Shown piece by piece: positions 39,349-51,808 of a DNA stretch of 64,000 bases. The position numbers were made by a program, and so were the translations under genes. Source of the stretch: Nitrosopumilaceae archaeon (GTDB taxonomy: Archaea > Thermoproteota > Nitrososphaeria > Nitrososphaerales > Nitrosopumilaceae); the NCBI GenBank assembly GCA_965208905.1, contig OZ242365.1, positions 2,112,001-2,176,000 of the forward strand, given 5' to 3'. Under the pieces are notes generated by a model. The model was not told the origin of the DNA, searched no databases, and saw only the letters and a list, made by a program, of their open reading frames with translations. Position 1 is the stretch's first letter, and each line of letters starts with the position of its first letter.

Positions 39349-40881
39349 ATGAAATTCATATTCATAATTATGTTAATGGTGGGCATCTCCATCATACCTG
39401 CCGCTTTTGCAGAGCACGAGCAGGTCACAATTACTATACAACCCAAAGGCGCAACCTGTGAGATGAATGATCCGTGCTTTACACCAAATACTGTAACTGT
39501 AAATACTGGAAGTGAAGTGGTATGGTACAATGGCGATGATGGGCCTCGCAACATTGTGATTGCCACATTGGGAGACTGTACTGCAGATATGGATGCATGT
39601 ATGTTTGATGATTCTGAAAGTCTAATCAACACAGCCTCAATACTTGTGAGTACCACCATACACGAGAATGATAAATACAGTATGGTATTTGATGAGATTG
39701 GAACTTTTCCCTTTTATGATCCAAACTATGCAAGAACTCCCGGAACCATTACAGTTCAAGAATCTCCAGATACAGAAGAGTATCGTAAAATTACAATTGG
39801 TGGCGTGTTTGACATTACGGGAAGTTGGGCGCTAGTTGGTGATGAAACAAAGACTGCCACAGATATAGCGGTTGTTGACTTTAACAAATTTCTTCATGCT
39901 ACAGGAGCAGATTGGCGACTTGCAATACAGATAGAAGATAGTCAGGCCAATGGTAATGTTGCTCTAGAAAAAGTGTCGTCACTAAATGGTAGAGGGGTAG
40001 ACCTCTTGGTGGGTATGGCACTAAGCTCGCATATTCGTACCTCGTATAACTACATAGAGAGCAATGACATGCTTGTAGTAAGCTGTTGTTCGACTGCTGC
40101 AACTTTGGCCATAGAAGATCACATATTCAGACTTAGGCCCGATGACAGTAGGCAGGCTCCGGCGATGAACGCCATGCTAGAAAACGCTCAGATAGAGGTA
40201 GTATACATGATAAACCGAAATGATGCTTGGGGCGATGGTTTCAAGAATGGTATACGAGATATATTTGATGGAGTGTTTGTAGAGGGAATCAGTTATGATC
40301 CAAATCAAAGAGACTACTCTGTTGAGGCATCCATAATAGATGAAGACATAAAAAAACTAATTGATGAGTATGGTGCCGAGAAGGTCGGTGTATTCTACGT
40401 AGGCTTTGATGAATTGATACTGCTGGTCGAAACATTGGAGAATTACCAGCATGCGGCGCAGGTGAGATGGTTCGGTTCCAACACACAGGCTGATGCAGAT
40501 CAATTCATAACAAATCCCACATCTGTAAGGTTCTTTGAGACGACAAACTTTACAGCAGTAAAGACTGTGACACCAGATAATCTCATACGACAGTATCTTG
40601 ATGGTAGGATATCGGAGATATATGACCGCGAGCCTAGCATATACAGTCACTCTGCATACGATGCCATCTGGCTTCTGGGATATGCAATACACATGACACA
40701 GAGTACTAATCCGGACGTGTTGAAGAGTGCGATACCACTGATAGCAGAAAGAATGACTGGCTCTTTTGGATACCTACGACTCAATGATGCAGGCGATGTA
40801 GCCACAGAGTCCTATGAGATATGGTCCGTACGCGACAGTCAGTGGGTAATGGAGTATACCTATGACACTGGAGTCAAGTAA
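39349..40881 (+). CDS. Secreted cupredoxin-like domain fused to a branched-chain amino-acid ABC substrate-binding domain
   Basis: Signal 'MKFIFIIML..PAAFA'; 'CFTPNTVTVNTGSEVVWYN.D'; type 1 periplasmic-binding features 'IEDSQ', 'FRLRPDD', 'YDAIWL', 'G.LRLN.AGD'. Confidence 0.8.
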   Translation: MKFIFIIMLMVGISIIPAAFAEHEQVTITIQPKGATCEMNDPCFTPNTVTVNTGSEVVWYNGDDGPRNIVIATLGDCTADMDACMFDDSESLINTASILVSTTIHENDKYSMVFDEIGTFPFYDPNYARTPGTITVQESPDTEEYRKITIGGVFDITGSWALVGDETKTATDIAVVDFNKFLHATGADWRLAIQIEDSQANGNVALEKVSSLNGRGVDLLVGMALSSHIRTSYNYIESNDMLVVSCCSTAATLAIEDHIFRLRPDDSRQAPAMNAMLENAQIEVVYMINRNDAWGDGFKNGIRDIFDGVFVEGISYDPNQRDYSVEASIIDEDIKKLIDEYGAEKVGVFYVGFDELILLVETLENYQHAAQVRWFGSNTQADADQFITNPTSVRFFETTNFTAVKTVTPDNLIRQYLDGRISEIYDREPSIYSHSAYDAIWLLGYAIHMTQSTNPDVLKSAIPLIAERMTGSFGYLRLNDAGDVATESYEIWSVRDSQWVMEYTYDTGVK

Positions 40882-42783
40882 TTTTTACTTTTTTTATTTA
40901 GTCATACAATATTGTCACATAATCAGAGTGTAGACAGTATTGTTCTAAAAATAAGATTATCTCATAAGAGTTTATGCGTAATTGGCATGCTTGTTGTATA
41001 AGTAATTATGATCTATCAATGCTATTTGGCAAATATTCTAAATGTGCAGTAGAATTTAGTGGGTTTTGGCATCATACTATGTAAAACAGGTTTACAGTAG
41101 AGATTTTAGCGATACGTGTTTTCAACAGTGCCGACAGCCCAGTGGATATTCCCAAAAGCCGTGCGCAGTATCGTGCATTTGCATCATGGTCCGCTATATT
41201 AGCAGGCGGTATACGATACCGCCATACACTAGGTCTCTGTATGATGCCTTCATACAGAGTATCTTATCCTTCCAAGTTGGGAGGATAATGCCGCATCTGT
41301 GTCCTTGAATGGCTCGGCAGGCCGACTTGACGGGGTTATTTTATGGGTTTGTGTGAGTCGTGGACAGCCCCGATCAACCTAGAATATATTTAAATGTGTA
41401 CCCTAAGGAGTCCTTAATGGTGAAATCAGGAGCCTTGTCACGTTTAGTCACAACCAATGCGCGGTTTGCGTTGCCCGCAGTGGCACTGATTGCACTTGTA
41501 GCGTGCCTTGCTCCTGCAGTAGATGCCTATGGCACTACACAAGATCGCACCCTGTATGATCAAAGCAGCATTGATTCTCGAATAAATGCAGAGGTGGACA
41601 GAATACAGGCGCTATATGCAGCACAAGGACAAGCTGCATTTGACACAATCACGTCTGCGGGATTGGCAGACGCTAATACGGCAATTTTGTACGTAGTGAA
41701 TGCTGACACTCTGCAGATAGTGGCACATGCTTCGGATCCTGGACAGGTGGGTCAGGTTGCACAAACCCTGAGAGCGGCGGACAAATCCTACAGCCAAATT
41801 CGTGCCGAACTGGCGCAAAATAACCGAATATGGATAACAAACATAGACACAAACCCTGCCAACTTGGAGTTTCAGACAACGCGCACACTGTTGCATCTGC
41901 ATGACGGCTACATTTTTGCTGCGGGGCACCTCCTACCGGATACCGAAATACAATTGTTCATAGAGGAAAAAGTAAAGATGTATGACTCATATGGCGATGC
42001 AGAAGCATTCTTTGATAGTATTACCCCTGATAGTCCCGTCCTTACGGATGAGCTGTATATGTTTGTGATAGACTACTCTGCTTGGATGAGGGTGGCAGAT
42101 GAGGTGGTACCCGCCCGAGTGGGACAATCCGAGACCATACTGGACACCTCCGCTAGGTCCGTAGAGGATGTCTTGGCGGATCTTGGGGAAAATGAGGGTA
42201 CATGGGCAGAATACACATTCCACAACCCTGGTACTGATATAATACAGATCAAGCGCACCTGGCTATACCTGTATGACGGCTATGTCTTTGGCTCCGGATA
42301 TTATCCCAGCGATTCTAGGGCGCAGGCACAGGCAGACTCGGCCAAAATACTGTATGCGGCCCATGGCCAGGATGCCTTTGGTATGATAACGCCAACCGAA
42401 CCTGACCCTCTGTCAATACAGTCAACCTTCGTACTGGATGCGACAACCTTGGATGTGGTGGCTCACGCCAGGGCGCCCAACTTGGTAGGAACCACCAACA
42501 CATATCTTGATGCGGCCGACAGGCCCTTGGAGACTATACTGGCAGAACTACAAGATGGCGGTGTCTGGGTGTGGCACATGGACAGGAATCCTGCAACCCA
42601 GACCAACCAACTCACACGTACGTATCTCACCATATATGATGGATACATGTTTGGCGCAAGCTACTCGTTACCCGACTCTAGGATACAGTCTGTGGTGGAC
42701 GAAGCAATCTACACCTACAGGAACGACCCGGAGAGCGGCTTTGAGGTGATCACCTCGGGGACGCTCAACAGACTGGACATATA

Positions 42784-43893
42784 TAGTTAGGTGCATAAAT
42801 AACCCGACACCAGTTTTACACCGGTAGGATTTTGTCTAAATTTCTGAACAGAATGCTGCGCGGATCAAACTTTATTTCCAGCGACTCGTATATCCGCATG
42901 ATTTTCCTCCGGAAATATCTCTTGGCAGGTCGCTTGAAAGTCCGCCGTATCCTTGCCTTGCCGTTGAGCCACAGCCATTCGGCCGGATTCAGAAATGGTG
43001 AGTACGGCGGCAGAAATATTAGTTTGATGAAATCACTATTCTTTTTCAAGTATCGCTTTACGCGGCTAGAGTTGTGATATGCAGCATTATCCAGTATTAC
43101 GGCAACCTTGCCGAACCGTTTTTTCGTCTTGTTCAAATATCTGATAAAGGACCTGTCGTTGGCCTTGCTAGCGGCCATATAGCATGTCTGCCCATCTAGC
43201 GTGATGCCACCGTATATGGTCTGGCGCTGGTTGCCGAGTGGCGTTTGTACCGGTATGGCATCACCGCGTGTATAGACTGCGCCGCTGCCAAACATACTTA
43301 AATTTTGGTGGCTTTCGTCTACCATCACGAGTGTAAAACCGTCCTTTTCAAACATTTCTGCCTCCTTTTTGGTGTCTTTCTGCCAGATTTCGAGATCTTT
43401 CCTTGGTGGAATTCGGTCGGATATCCGGGGAGTCTTCCGTATAGTGAAGCCAAGAGACCTAAGGATACGGCGCGCTTGTGATTCGCTGTATTTTATGCCG
43501 GTCTTTTTCTCAGCCAGTTTAACAAATCCGTAGGCGGTAAATCGCTTGACACCGTTAATTATGTTCTCTAATGTGTGGCGCGGTACGAAAGATGGACGGC
43601 CAGGCCTCGCACCATCGGCGAGGCCATCCAGGCCTTTGTGGTCGTAGGCATTAAGCCAATCATATATGGTGCTACGATCGACACCAAGCACATCCGCTGC
43701 CGCAGAGATGGTATATCCTTTAATGCGCACCATGTTTACGGCTACGATACGGGCGTGCTGTGTCGCACTCTTAGTCTGTTTTAGGGCAGCCTTTATTTTT
43801 TGGGCATTAGTTTGGTTATTCATATAATTAGTTAGTAATTTTGATCATTTATGTATTTCTAATAGAGTGTAGGATTATTTATGCTCCCAACTA
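42784..43893 (-). mobile_element. IS630-family insertion sequence (intact)
   Basis: Imperfect 27-bp TIRs TAGTT(A/G)G(T/A)GCATAAATAA.CC.ACAC; TA duplication at 42782-83 and 43894-95. Confidence 0.9.
42816..43823 (-). CDS. IS630-family transposase
   Basis: HTH, 'VDES', 'ILDNAAYH', 'LPPYSPFLNPAEWLW'. Confidence 0.93.
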   Translation of the reverse strand: MNNQTNAQKIKAALKQTKSATQHARIVAVNMVRIKGYTISAAADVLGVDRSTIYDWLNAYDHKGLDGLADGARPGRPSFVPRHTLENIINGVKRFTAYGFVKLAEKKTGIKYSESQARRILRSLGFTIRKTPRISDRIPPRKDLEIWQKDTKKEAEMFEKDGFTLVMVDESHQNLSMFGSGAVYTRGDAIPVQTPLGNQRQTIYGGITLDGQTCYMAASKANDRSFIRYLNKTKKRFGKVAVILDNAAYHNSSRVKRYLKKNSDFIKLIFLPPYSPFLNPAEWLWLNGKARIRRTFKRPAKRYFRRKIMRIYESLEIKFDPRSILFRNLDKILPV

Positions 43894-44129
43894 TATCCCG
43901 CCGTCAGAAACTTTACGCATATAGTCGCACATGGCACGCTGCCGCACCTGATCGGACCGCTTCCGAGCTTTCAGATAACAAGATCCAACGAGGATATATG
44001 GCGCGTGGCCGCGGAAAGCGGTACGGTATGGTCACTATACTCCTTTGTAAACCCTTTTACCGGTGCGGATCAGATCAAGCGAGGAATCAATATCTTATAC
44101 GATGACTACCTCTTCGCATCCACCTACAC

Positions 44130-47121
44130 CCTTTCTGATGCAGATACCAGATCAGTTGTGGACTATGCCATATTCACCTATGAGTCCAATAAGGAGAACG
44201 ATGTCTGGATAGACCTAATCACCCCCGATGAACCCATCATAACCGACGACCTCTACCCGTTCGTCATAGATGCCGCCTCCTGGACCAGACTGGCCGATGG
44301 CGTAGTGCCGGACCGGGTCGGAAAGGCCGAGACTATTCTGGACACCTCTACTCGGTCCGTCGAGGATGTCTTAGCCGATCTGGAGGCCAACGGGAGTGTC
44401 TGGGTGACCTACACGTTCCACAATCCGGCCACCGGAGTGGAGCAGCTCAAGCGCAGCTATTTACAGCTGCGCGACGGGATGGTCTTTGGCTCCGGCTACT
44501 ACCTACTTGATTCACAGGCCCAAGCAGCCGCATACGGTAGTGTCTTGGATTATAGCGTCAAAGGCATGGACGCCACCCTTGCAGACATCAATACAATCCC
44601 TGAGGAGCCGGTCTCCACGTACGGCTTTATCGTCAACCCGCATAACGGAACCACGATAGCACAGAGTGTGGACTCTGACCTGATAGATAACACCAACGAC
44701 TGGGATGCCATTATTCAGGTACTCTCCGTAGAGGAGATACTGGATGTAACAGGCAGCGAGCCCGGCATGTGGGTCAGCTACACGCATACAGAGCCTGTAA
44801 CAAGCCAGGAAGAGACCAAGCGCACATGGCTTATACTGAATGATGGCCTGATATTTGGGTCCGGATACTATTCATCCAACATCCCCGAGTCCGACGTCCA
44901 GTTTGCAGTAAGCAACGCTATCCGCACCTACGAGGCCAACAAGGAGAATGACGCGTGGGTGGATATCATAACCCCCGATGAACCCATCAGGACCGATGCC
45001 CTGTATCCGTTTGTGATAGATGCCGCAACTTGGACCAGACTGGCTGATGGTGTCGTACCCGCCAGGGTGGGACAGCCCGAGACCATACTGGACACCTCCA
45101 GCAGGTCAGTAGAGGATGTCTTGGCGGATCTTGAGGAGAATGGTTCCACATGGGCTACGTATCTGTTCCACAATCCGGCCACCGGCGTGGAGCAGCTCAA
45201 GCGCAGTTACCTTGAGATGCGCGACGGAATAGTCTTTGGCTCAGGTTATTACACGCTGGACTCAAAAGTACAGTCGACACTGCACGGTCGCATACTAGAG
45301 TACGAGCGCGACGGCAGAGACGCAGTGCTTGCCTCAATTAATGTGATACCCGATGAGCCGGTCTCCACGTATGTGTTTGCAGTCGCCCAACTGACCGGAA
45401 CCACGGTGGCGCAGGGTGTGGACTCTGACCTGATAGATAACACCAACGACTGGGATGCCGTTACGGCCGTAATACCAGTACAAGATATCATTGATACAAT
45501 AAGCAAGGGAACCGGCATATGGGTCAGCTATGAGCATATAAACCCCGTAACGGGTCAGGATGAAATAAAGCGCACATGGCTTGTCATGCACGGCGGCCTG
45601 ATATTTGGGTCCGGATACTACTCGTCCAACATCCCCGAGTCCGACGTCCAGTTTGCAGTAAGCAATGCCATACGCACCTACGAGGCCAACAAGGAGAATG
45701 ACGCGTGGGTGGATATCATAACCCCCGACGCACCCATCAGAACAGACACAATGTATCCGTTTGTGATAGATGCCGCAACCTGGACCAGACTGGCTGATGG
45801 TGTCGTCCCCGCCAGGGTGGGACAGCCCGAGACCATACTGGACACCTCCAGCAGGTCAGTAGAGGATGTCTTGGCGGATCTCGAGGCGAATGGTTCAACA
45901 TGGGCTACGTATCTGTTCCACAATCCGGCCACCGGCGTGGAGCAGCTCAAGCGCAGCTACCTGCAGCTACGCGATGGGATAGTCTTTGGCTCCGGCTACT
46001 ACGCACTGGATGCTCAGGTACAGACATCGCTGAACGGCCGCATATTGGAGTACGAGCGCGACGGCAGAGATGCAGTGCTTGCCTCAATCAATATGATACC
46101 TGATGAGCCGGTCTCCACGTACGTGTTTGCAGTAGACCAACAGAGCGGGACCACGGTGGCGCAGAACGTCGATGCCAATCTAATAGACAGTGTGCCGGAT
46201 TGGGATGCTGTTATGGCCGTAATCCCCGAACAGAATATCATTGATACAATAAGCAAGGGAACCGGCATATGGGTCAGCTATGAGCATATAAACCCCGTAA
46301 CGGGTCAGGATGAAATAAAGCGCACATGGCTTGTCATGCACGGCGACCTGATATTTGGGTCCGGATACTACTCGTCCAACATCCCCGAGTCCGACGTCCA
46401 GTTTGCAGTAAGCAATACAATCGGCATCTACGAGGCCAACAAGGAGAATGACGCGTGGGTGGACATCATAACCCCCGATGAACCCATCAGGACCGATGCC
46501 CTGTATCCGTTTGTGATAGATGCCGCAACCTGGACCAGACTGGCTGATGGTGTCGTACCCGCCAGGGTGGGACAGCCCGAGACCATACTGGACACCTCAG
46601 AGAGGTCCGTATATGATGTCCTTGCAGAGCTTCGGGCGAAGGGCAGTCTGTGGATCATGTATACATTCCATAATCCAGCTACCGATTTGGAGCAGCTCAA
46701 GCGCAGCTACCTACAGCTGTACGATGGGATAGTCTTTGGCTCCGGCTACTACGCACTGGATGCTCAGGTACAGACATCGCTGAACGGCCGCATACTGGAG
46801 TACGAGCGCGACGGTAGAGATGCAGTGCTTGCCTCAATCAATGTGATACCTGATGAGCCGGTCTCCACGTACGTGTTTGCAGTAGACCAAACCGGAACCA
46901 CAGTAGCGCAGGGTGTGGACTCTGACCTGATAGATAACACCAACGACTGGGATACCATTGTAGCCATAATCCCAGAACAAGACATTATAGATGTGATAAG
47001 CAAGGGAACCGGCATGTGGGTCAGCTATGAGCATACGAACCCCGTAACAGGCCAGGATGAAACAAAGCGCACGTGGCTTGTCATGCACGGCGGCCTGATA
47101 TTTGGGTCCGGATACTATCCC
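44130..47121 (+). repeat. Four ~750-bp intragenic tandem repeats (double-Cache units)
   Basis: 'ATCCCCGAGTCCGACGTCCAGTTTGCAGTA' recurs at 44881, 45631 and 46381; a more diverged first unit starts near 44130. Confidence 0.9.
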
Positions 47122-47488
47122 TGAAATAATTCTGTGTTGCCTCCCGATGTATGGCCGCAGCAACGTTGATCTCTCTCCTCTCCAAGCTTGCTGGCATCAT
47201 GTAGTGACAAGCCCACACCCCAACCCATACCGGAGATAATGAAAGGTGTGGCCGTGAACTTGTGTGGATAATTATCAAGCAGCCAAGCTGATATTCATGG
47301 GAGCAGTAATGGCGTGGGGCCCTATGGCCGCATATATTCGAAGAGATTTTCGCCGCTTACGTCGCTGTTCAGGATTATCCTTGCTGTGTGCCTTTTTTGT
47401 CTTTGAGAGTTCCTTATTTTTTGATTTTTTGTATGGAACGCGCTCGTCTGCGGCAAAGTACATCCTGATGATGTCATTATATCCATAG

Positions 47489-48005
47489 ATGGAAAACCGC
47501 CCTCCGAATTGCAGTATGATCGTTCCGTAGGCGAGTATGTTGTCGTACAATTGGAGAACAGAACAATACAGGTACAACTAGGCTACATGGGTGAGCGGTT
47601 CGGCATTCACAGATACATGGACTCGCCAAACAGTCTGGACAGGCTGACGGTACAGAACCTGGCAGCACACACTACACCTGATGGGATTGTCATATCTGGT
47701 GACATACATAATATCGGCAGCACCAAACTAACCTCTTTGACACTCGATAGGCTTACCATACGTATCTGGTAATCACGCAGGATGATACAACCGGTGATGT
47801 GTTGTTGTACCATAACGGGACAGATTATGGGGCATATTCAGCCGCTGCAGGGTATATGACATTTCACTTTGGCGATATGTTGGACATTGATCTGACCGGC
47901 CTGACCGTACATGACACCATACAGCACAGCCTATACCCAATGACATCAAACCCATACAGGGTTGTCATAACCGGTGATATGCATACCCAACTGGATCATC
48001 CATGA
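47489..48005 (+). pseudogene. Fragmented hypothetical gene
   Basis: Consecutive protein-like pieces in different frames (47509-47772, 47799-48005). Confidence 0.4.
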
Positions 48006-48052
48006 CTCCCACGCTTATGTCTTCTGTTAGCATCATACCTCGTACCATCCTA

Positions 48053-48910
48053 TCATGGGATTAAATCATTTGGGAGAAGAAAGTTTACTATGAAAGCATA
48101 CCAACGCTCAAACTCAAATGGTATGGATGTACCAATGGTACCATCTGTATCTGAAAAGCAGATGGTCTTGGGGTTCTTATACGTATCCGTTGTAAGTTGG
48201 GGGCAATAATAGAATTTGTAATGAGGGTTCATATTGTTGGCATTTTCAATCTCAGCCTGCGCATCAGGGTCATGTTTTGCATTAAAGGCACTACACGATC
48301 TTTGGTCATTTTTTCTCATGCTTCCTATAATCGCCATTATTGCATCTTTGTTGAGTGGAGTACTGTTAAACAACACTAAGTTTTCCGTGTTGTTTGGGAA
48401 CAGTGATTTTGTCATTTCTCTAATTGTACGATTGACGTACCTTTCCTTACCTAAAACCACAAATGCGTTCTGTTTCAATAAAAACAAGAAGTGAAGACGG
48501 TTTCGCACTGTGATGTACTGTGCATCTTTATTCTGACGTTCTTGGGCCTCTACTATACAACTAAGCACATAGTTTGTATCGTCACTATCATCTAAGATAC
48601 TGAGTTCAAACTCAATTTTTTGGATCGGACCTTTGAGATCATTAATGGTCCACTTCTTCTCTCCCCTCATTATCTCATTTAGAATGTTAGTCAATCTGAT
48701 CGGCAATCCCAAGCTATAGAATGCTGCCCTCCTATACATGATATGATATCCAGGTGGCATTATAAAAAATACTCTTGCCGGGTGAGTCATCTCACTAATA
48801 GTACTTGTCCCTAAGTGGCGTCGAGTGTCGACATAACCTACGCTTCCACCCCAGATGTACAATTTCCACTCCACACACCTGATGTACACTGATATATGTC
48901 TCCATTCCAA
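48053..48910 (-). CDS. Hypothetical protein; start probably downstream of 48910
   Basis: Long ORF with no recognisable motif. Confidence 0.55.
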   Translation of the reverse strand: MEWRHISVYIRCVEWKLYIWGGSVGYVDTRRHLGTSTISEMTHPARVFFIMPPGYHIMYRRAAFYSLGLPIRLTNILNEIMRGEKKWTINDLKGPIQKIEFELSILDDSDDTNYVLSCIVEAQERQNKDAQYITVRNRLHFLFLLKQNAFVVLGKERYVNRTIREMTKSLFPNNTENLVLFNSTPLNKDAIMAIIGSMRKNDQRSCSAFNAKHDPDAQAEIENANNMNPHYKFYYCPQLTTDTYKNPKTICFSDTDGTIGTSIPFEFERWYAFIVNFLLPNDLIP

Positions 48911-49107
48911 GTCACTTTTTTGACAGTCTTGTACAGATCATAAGTTCTTGACACCTTCCACACTGTAGTCTGGAATCAGGTACTTCCATGGAAGTACGAA
49001 GTTGGCGTTACAGGGACGCGTTCATGTCCTTTCTGTACTCTTGCCTGCGTCCAGTGTCCCCTGTACCCTGATCTTCTGCGGATCGTCACGACGACCCACC
49101 CGAAAAG

Positions 49108-50067
49108 TCAGTAAACGATCACATTTGTGTGTAGCACGTCACTGTGCTGGTAGTCAAATACCTCCACGGTCAGACAGATCTCGCCAGTCTTGTTTGTCAC
49201 GTCGACCACCAGCGGACTGCCGTACATCGTACCCGAAAACAGACTTAGTTGGCCTGTTCCACAGCTGCTACGCCACTTATATCCGCTGATGTTGTTTTCT
49301 GCATCGAACGTCGTAGGCCGTACCGTTAGCGTGTTTCCGCTTTGAGTGGATTGTATCCCAAAAACTTGCGGTGGAGTATTATCCCTGACGGTTATGATCT
49401 TTGTCGTATAATCGTGTAGAGAACCGTCAGAAACATTAAGCCCTACCTGTATTCGTATATCTCCATCATCATCAGGTATCGCTGGTGCGTAAAAGTCCGT
49501 ATTCTCGCCATAGTGCCAAATATACCCATCATAGTCGGTCACGTTCCAAAAGTAGGTCAAATCGTCTCTGTCTGGATCTGACGTTCTGTCCCCGATTAGA
49601 TCCACTAGCGTGTCCTCAAATACCGTAGAAGGTGCCACGATTACTGCATTTGGTGTCCTGTTGTGATTTGGATACTTTTCCTCTTCTGGATCATCCCTAG
49701 GTTGCGTGTTGCCCGGTATTGTCACGCTGACCGAATCACACGCAACCCTGTCCCATGCGTTTGAAGAATCTCTTACGTCCTTATCCAAGGCGCACACAGT
49801 ATACGTTATACGATCTCCGGGTGAGTGATTTCTGGTGTCTTGAATTGACGTGACATGGGACGGCATGAACCAACCAGTCTTACCTTGAGTTATATCATAT
49901 GCGTCCACTCTCGGATCGTTTACGTCATTCCAGTATACGTTGATGCTACTTCCGCTTATTGAAGCCCTGGCGTTTATACTTGCGGCCTCGGCCTCAAATA
50001 TAGAGTAGGCTCCAAGCATGCATACTGTTAGCAGTGCGGCAATAAGTATCGCGGTTTTGCGATCCAT
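49108..50067 (-). CDS. Secreted protein with FN3/PKD-like Ig domains
   Basis: Signal peptide; 'PNAVI.AP..V.E...V.L.G..TSDPDRDDLTYFW', 'LNVSDG'. Confidence 0.75.
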   Translation of the reverse strand: MDRKTAILIAALLTVCMLGAYSIFEAEAASINARASISGSSINVYWNDVNDPRVDAYDITQGKTGWFMPSHVTSIQDTRNHSPGDRITYTVCALDKDVRDSSNAWDRVACDSVSVTIPGNTQPRDDPEEEKYPNHNRTPNAVIVAPSTVFEDTLVDLIGDRTSDPDRDDLTYFWNVTDYDGYIWHYGENTDFYAPAIPDDDGDIRIQVGLNVSDGSLHDYTTKIITVRDNTPPQVFGIQSTQSGNTLTVRPTTFDAENNISGYKWRSSCGTGQLSLFSGTMYGSPLVVDVTNKTGEICLTVEVFDYQHSDVLHTNVIVY

Positions 50068-50171
50068 ATACTATATAAGATATCTGATATTTAAACATGC
50101 AGTATGGCTTGGCTGTCGATAACCCACCAGAATCCGGGCTCACACGGCCGAGTGGGATATCACCAGTTTCG

Positions 50172-50424
50172 TTAACGGCGCCGATGAGAAATTAGGAGGT
50201 AGATAAACCGGTGACAATCACGTAATCTAATAATCGGTGATGGTAGTAGATTGACCTCTACGGCCCATGGTTGTAGATGACCGGTATTTTTGTACTTGGC
50301 CCAGAGACGTCTTACGTGGCGTGTGCTGATATTCATGCTCTCTGCTATAGTGGAATTTGGAGTACCTTTCTTCTCACGAATGATATATTTGATTTTATCA
50401 TAATCCAGTTTGACCTGCATCATA
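50172..50424 (-). pseudogene. IS481-family transposase N-terminal remnant
   Basis: 'KIKYIIRE..GTPNSTIAESMNISTRHVRRLWAKY' resembles the N-terminus of 51809-52747. Confidence 0.7.
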
Positions 50425-50699
50425 CTATTTAGGTTATACAGCTTAATGAAGTCGCATAATGTGCGTCTGATCCGGAGCGGACATAATTTTGTTACAATAC
50501 AACCTGCTGACCATATGCCCCTCGCCGATCTCCAGGAGAGACACGGCGCCCGCCTGAGTCCTGCCGCATCTCTCATACATCCAACCAACCAGAACAGCGG
50601 TCGGGTCGTTGCCGCATGGCTTAGTCATGAGCAGATTTGACCTGAACTTGTAAGACACGATATCCCATCGCGAAAACCACGGATTTACATGTGTAGATT

Positions 50700-51290
50700 C
50701 TAGTAATCATGCTCATCCCAGTCTGAACCTAACGGCACACTAACTGATATGATGTTCTCTTCTATTTCATATTTTACATTTATACCTGGCTCGAATTTGG
50801 TAAACATGTTGTCCAGTAGCATCTTTATTAACATGGACCACTTGACTCCCATCTTGTGGTGGATGATCAAGTAATGCATATCGCCATCTATTGTATGAGA
50901 AGAAGGGATACCCATAGACTGTATATAGTCCTCCAACGTTTCTATACCTGATTTGAGGCCATATTTGCCTTTTATAAGCATGACCGCATCCTGAAAGATT
51001 GGGAGAATACAGTCCAAAAACCTAGCGATATCCTTTTCATCATTGTTCCGGATCATCATGGATAGCAGATCCTTTGATACTAGAATCATCCCGAGACTCT
51101 GCATATGTCTGTCCCATCTTGCCCATCTACTAAGTATACCGCTCGCTAAAGAATTCATCGAGATTCCAAGACGCGCCGAATCTGACTCCAGCGCAGTTAC
51201 GGCATCGATTGGAACACGTAGTGATATATGTTTTGTCTTAACTGTTTTTTTCTGGTGGTATTTTTGTTCTATCAGTTTATCTTCGGGCAA
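50700..51290 (-). CDS. Hypothetical protein with N-terminal ribbon-helix-helix-like region
   Basis: 'ISLRVP......LE.......ISMNSLASGIL..W..WD', 'IIHHKMGVKWS'. Confidence 0.7.
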   Translation of the reverse strand: MPEDKLIEQKYHQKKTVKTKHISLRVPIDAVTALESDSARLGISMNSLASGILSRWARWDRHMQSLGMILVSKDLLSMMIRNNDEKDIARFLDCILPIFQDAVMLIKGKYGLKSGIETLEDYIQSMGIPSSHTIDGDMHYLIIHHKMGVKWSMLIKMLLDNMFTKFEPGINVKYEIEENIISVSVPLGSDWDEHDY

Positions 51291-51569
51291 AATTGATGTC
51301 CAGTGCTATTAATAGCTTTCTATGGTGGACAACTAATGTATTGTACGAAAATCATGTCGCGCTTCGGCCTGATCGTCAGCAATTGATATCGGCCTCCATC
51401 CACTTGGGATTCTGCCTTCTTGTATAATCTGTGGCGGTCTTGTTTCGGAATGCCATTAATGGTGTCTCATAGTTATCTATGTCCAAAGCCCAGTGTAGTC
51501 TGTCTGTATTGTAGTACTCGATATAGGCATCTAAGCATGTGTAGCGCCACGCCTCATCCTCAACACTCT

Positions 51570-51730
51570 TGTGGAACCGCTCTAGTTTGCCGTTGGTTTG
51601 TGGGTGGTATGGTCGCGTGTTGATTAGTCCTATGTCAAGGTTAAGTCATTCTTTCTCGAATAGGAGTGGGTCCAAGGACCGGTATGCTTCTTTCGGCCAC
51701 CTCTACCAACAGAAGCGAATCCTGTACTCT
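51570..51730 (-). pseudogene. IS481 transposase core remnant
   Basis: Minus strand encodes 'INTRPYHPQTNGKLERFH'-like sequence, inverted relative to the adjacent intact copy. Confidence 0.65.
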
Positions 51731-51808
51731 ATTGTGCGGAAATTAGTTCGCCCTAACTTTAGACTGCCAACCAAAGAATATTTTAGTCTATATAGATCAC
51801 GCAAACCC

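Larger units (their letters stand above)
41417..47124 (+). pseudogene. Secreted tandem Cache-domain repeat protein (~1,531 aa) interrupted by IS630
   Basis: Removing 42784-43895 rejoins ...LDIY|PAVRNF...IWRVAAESG in frame; repeated 'W..Y.F.NP.TG....KR..L...DG..FGSGYY' units. Confidence 0.82.

Noticed and set aside
44130-47121. Diversity-generating retroelement template/variable repeats
   Set aside because: Repeats are in-frame tandem coding units, differences do not appear adenine-specific, and there is no reverse transcriptase in the window.
3597-48926. Recurring TTTTTTGACAG (3597, 15444, 48916; reverse-like at 17651) as a possible IS end
   Set aside because: Short and low-complexity, with no pairing or TSD that could be established by eye.
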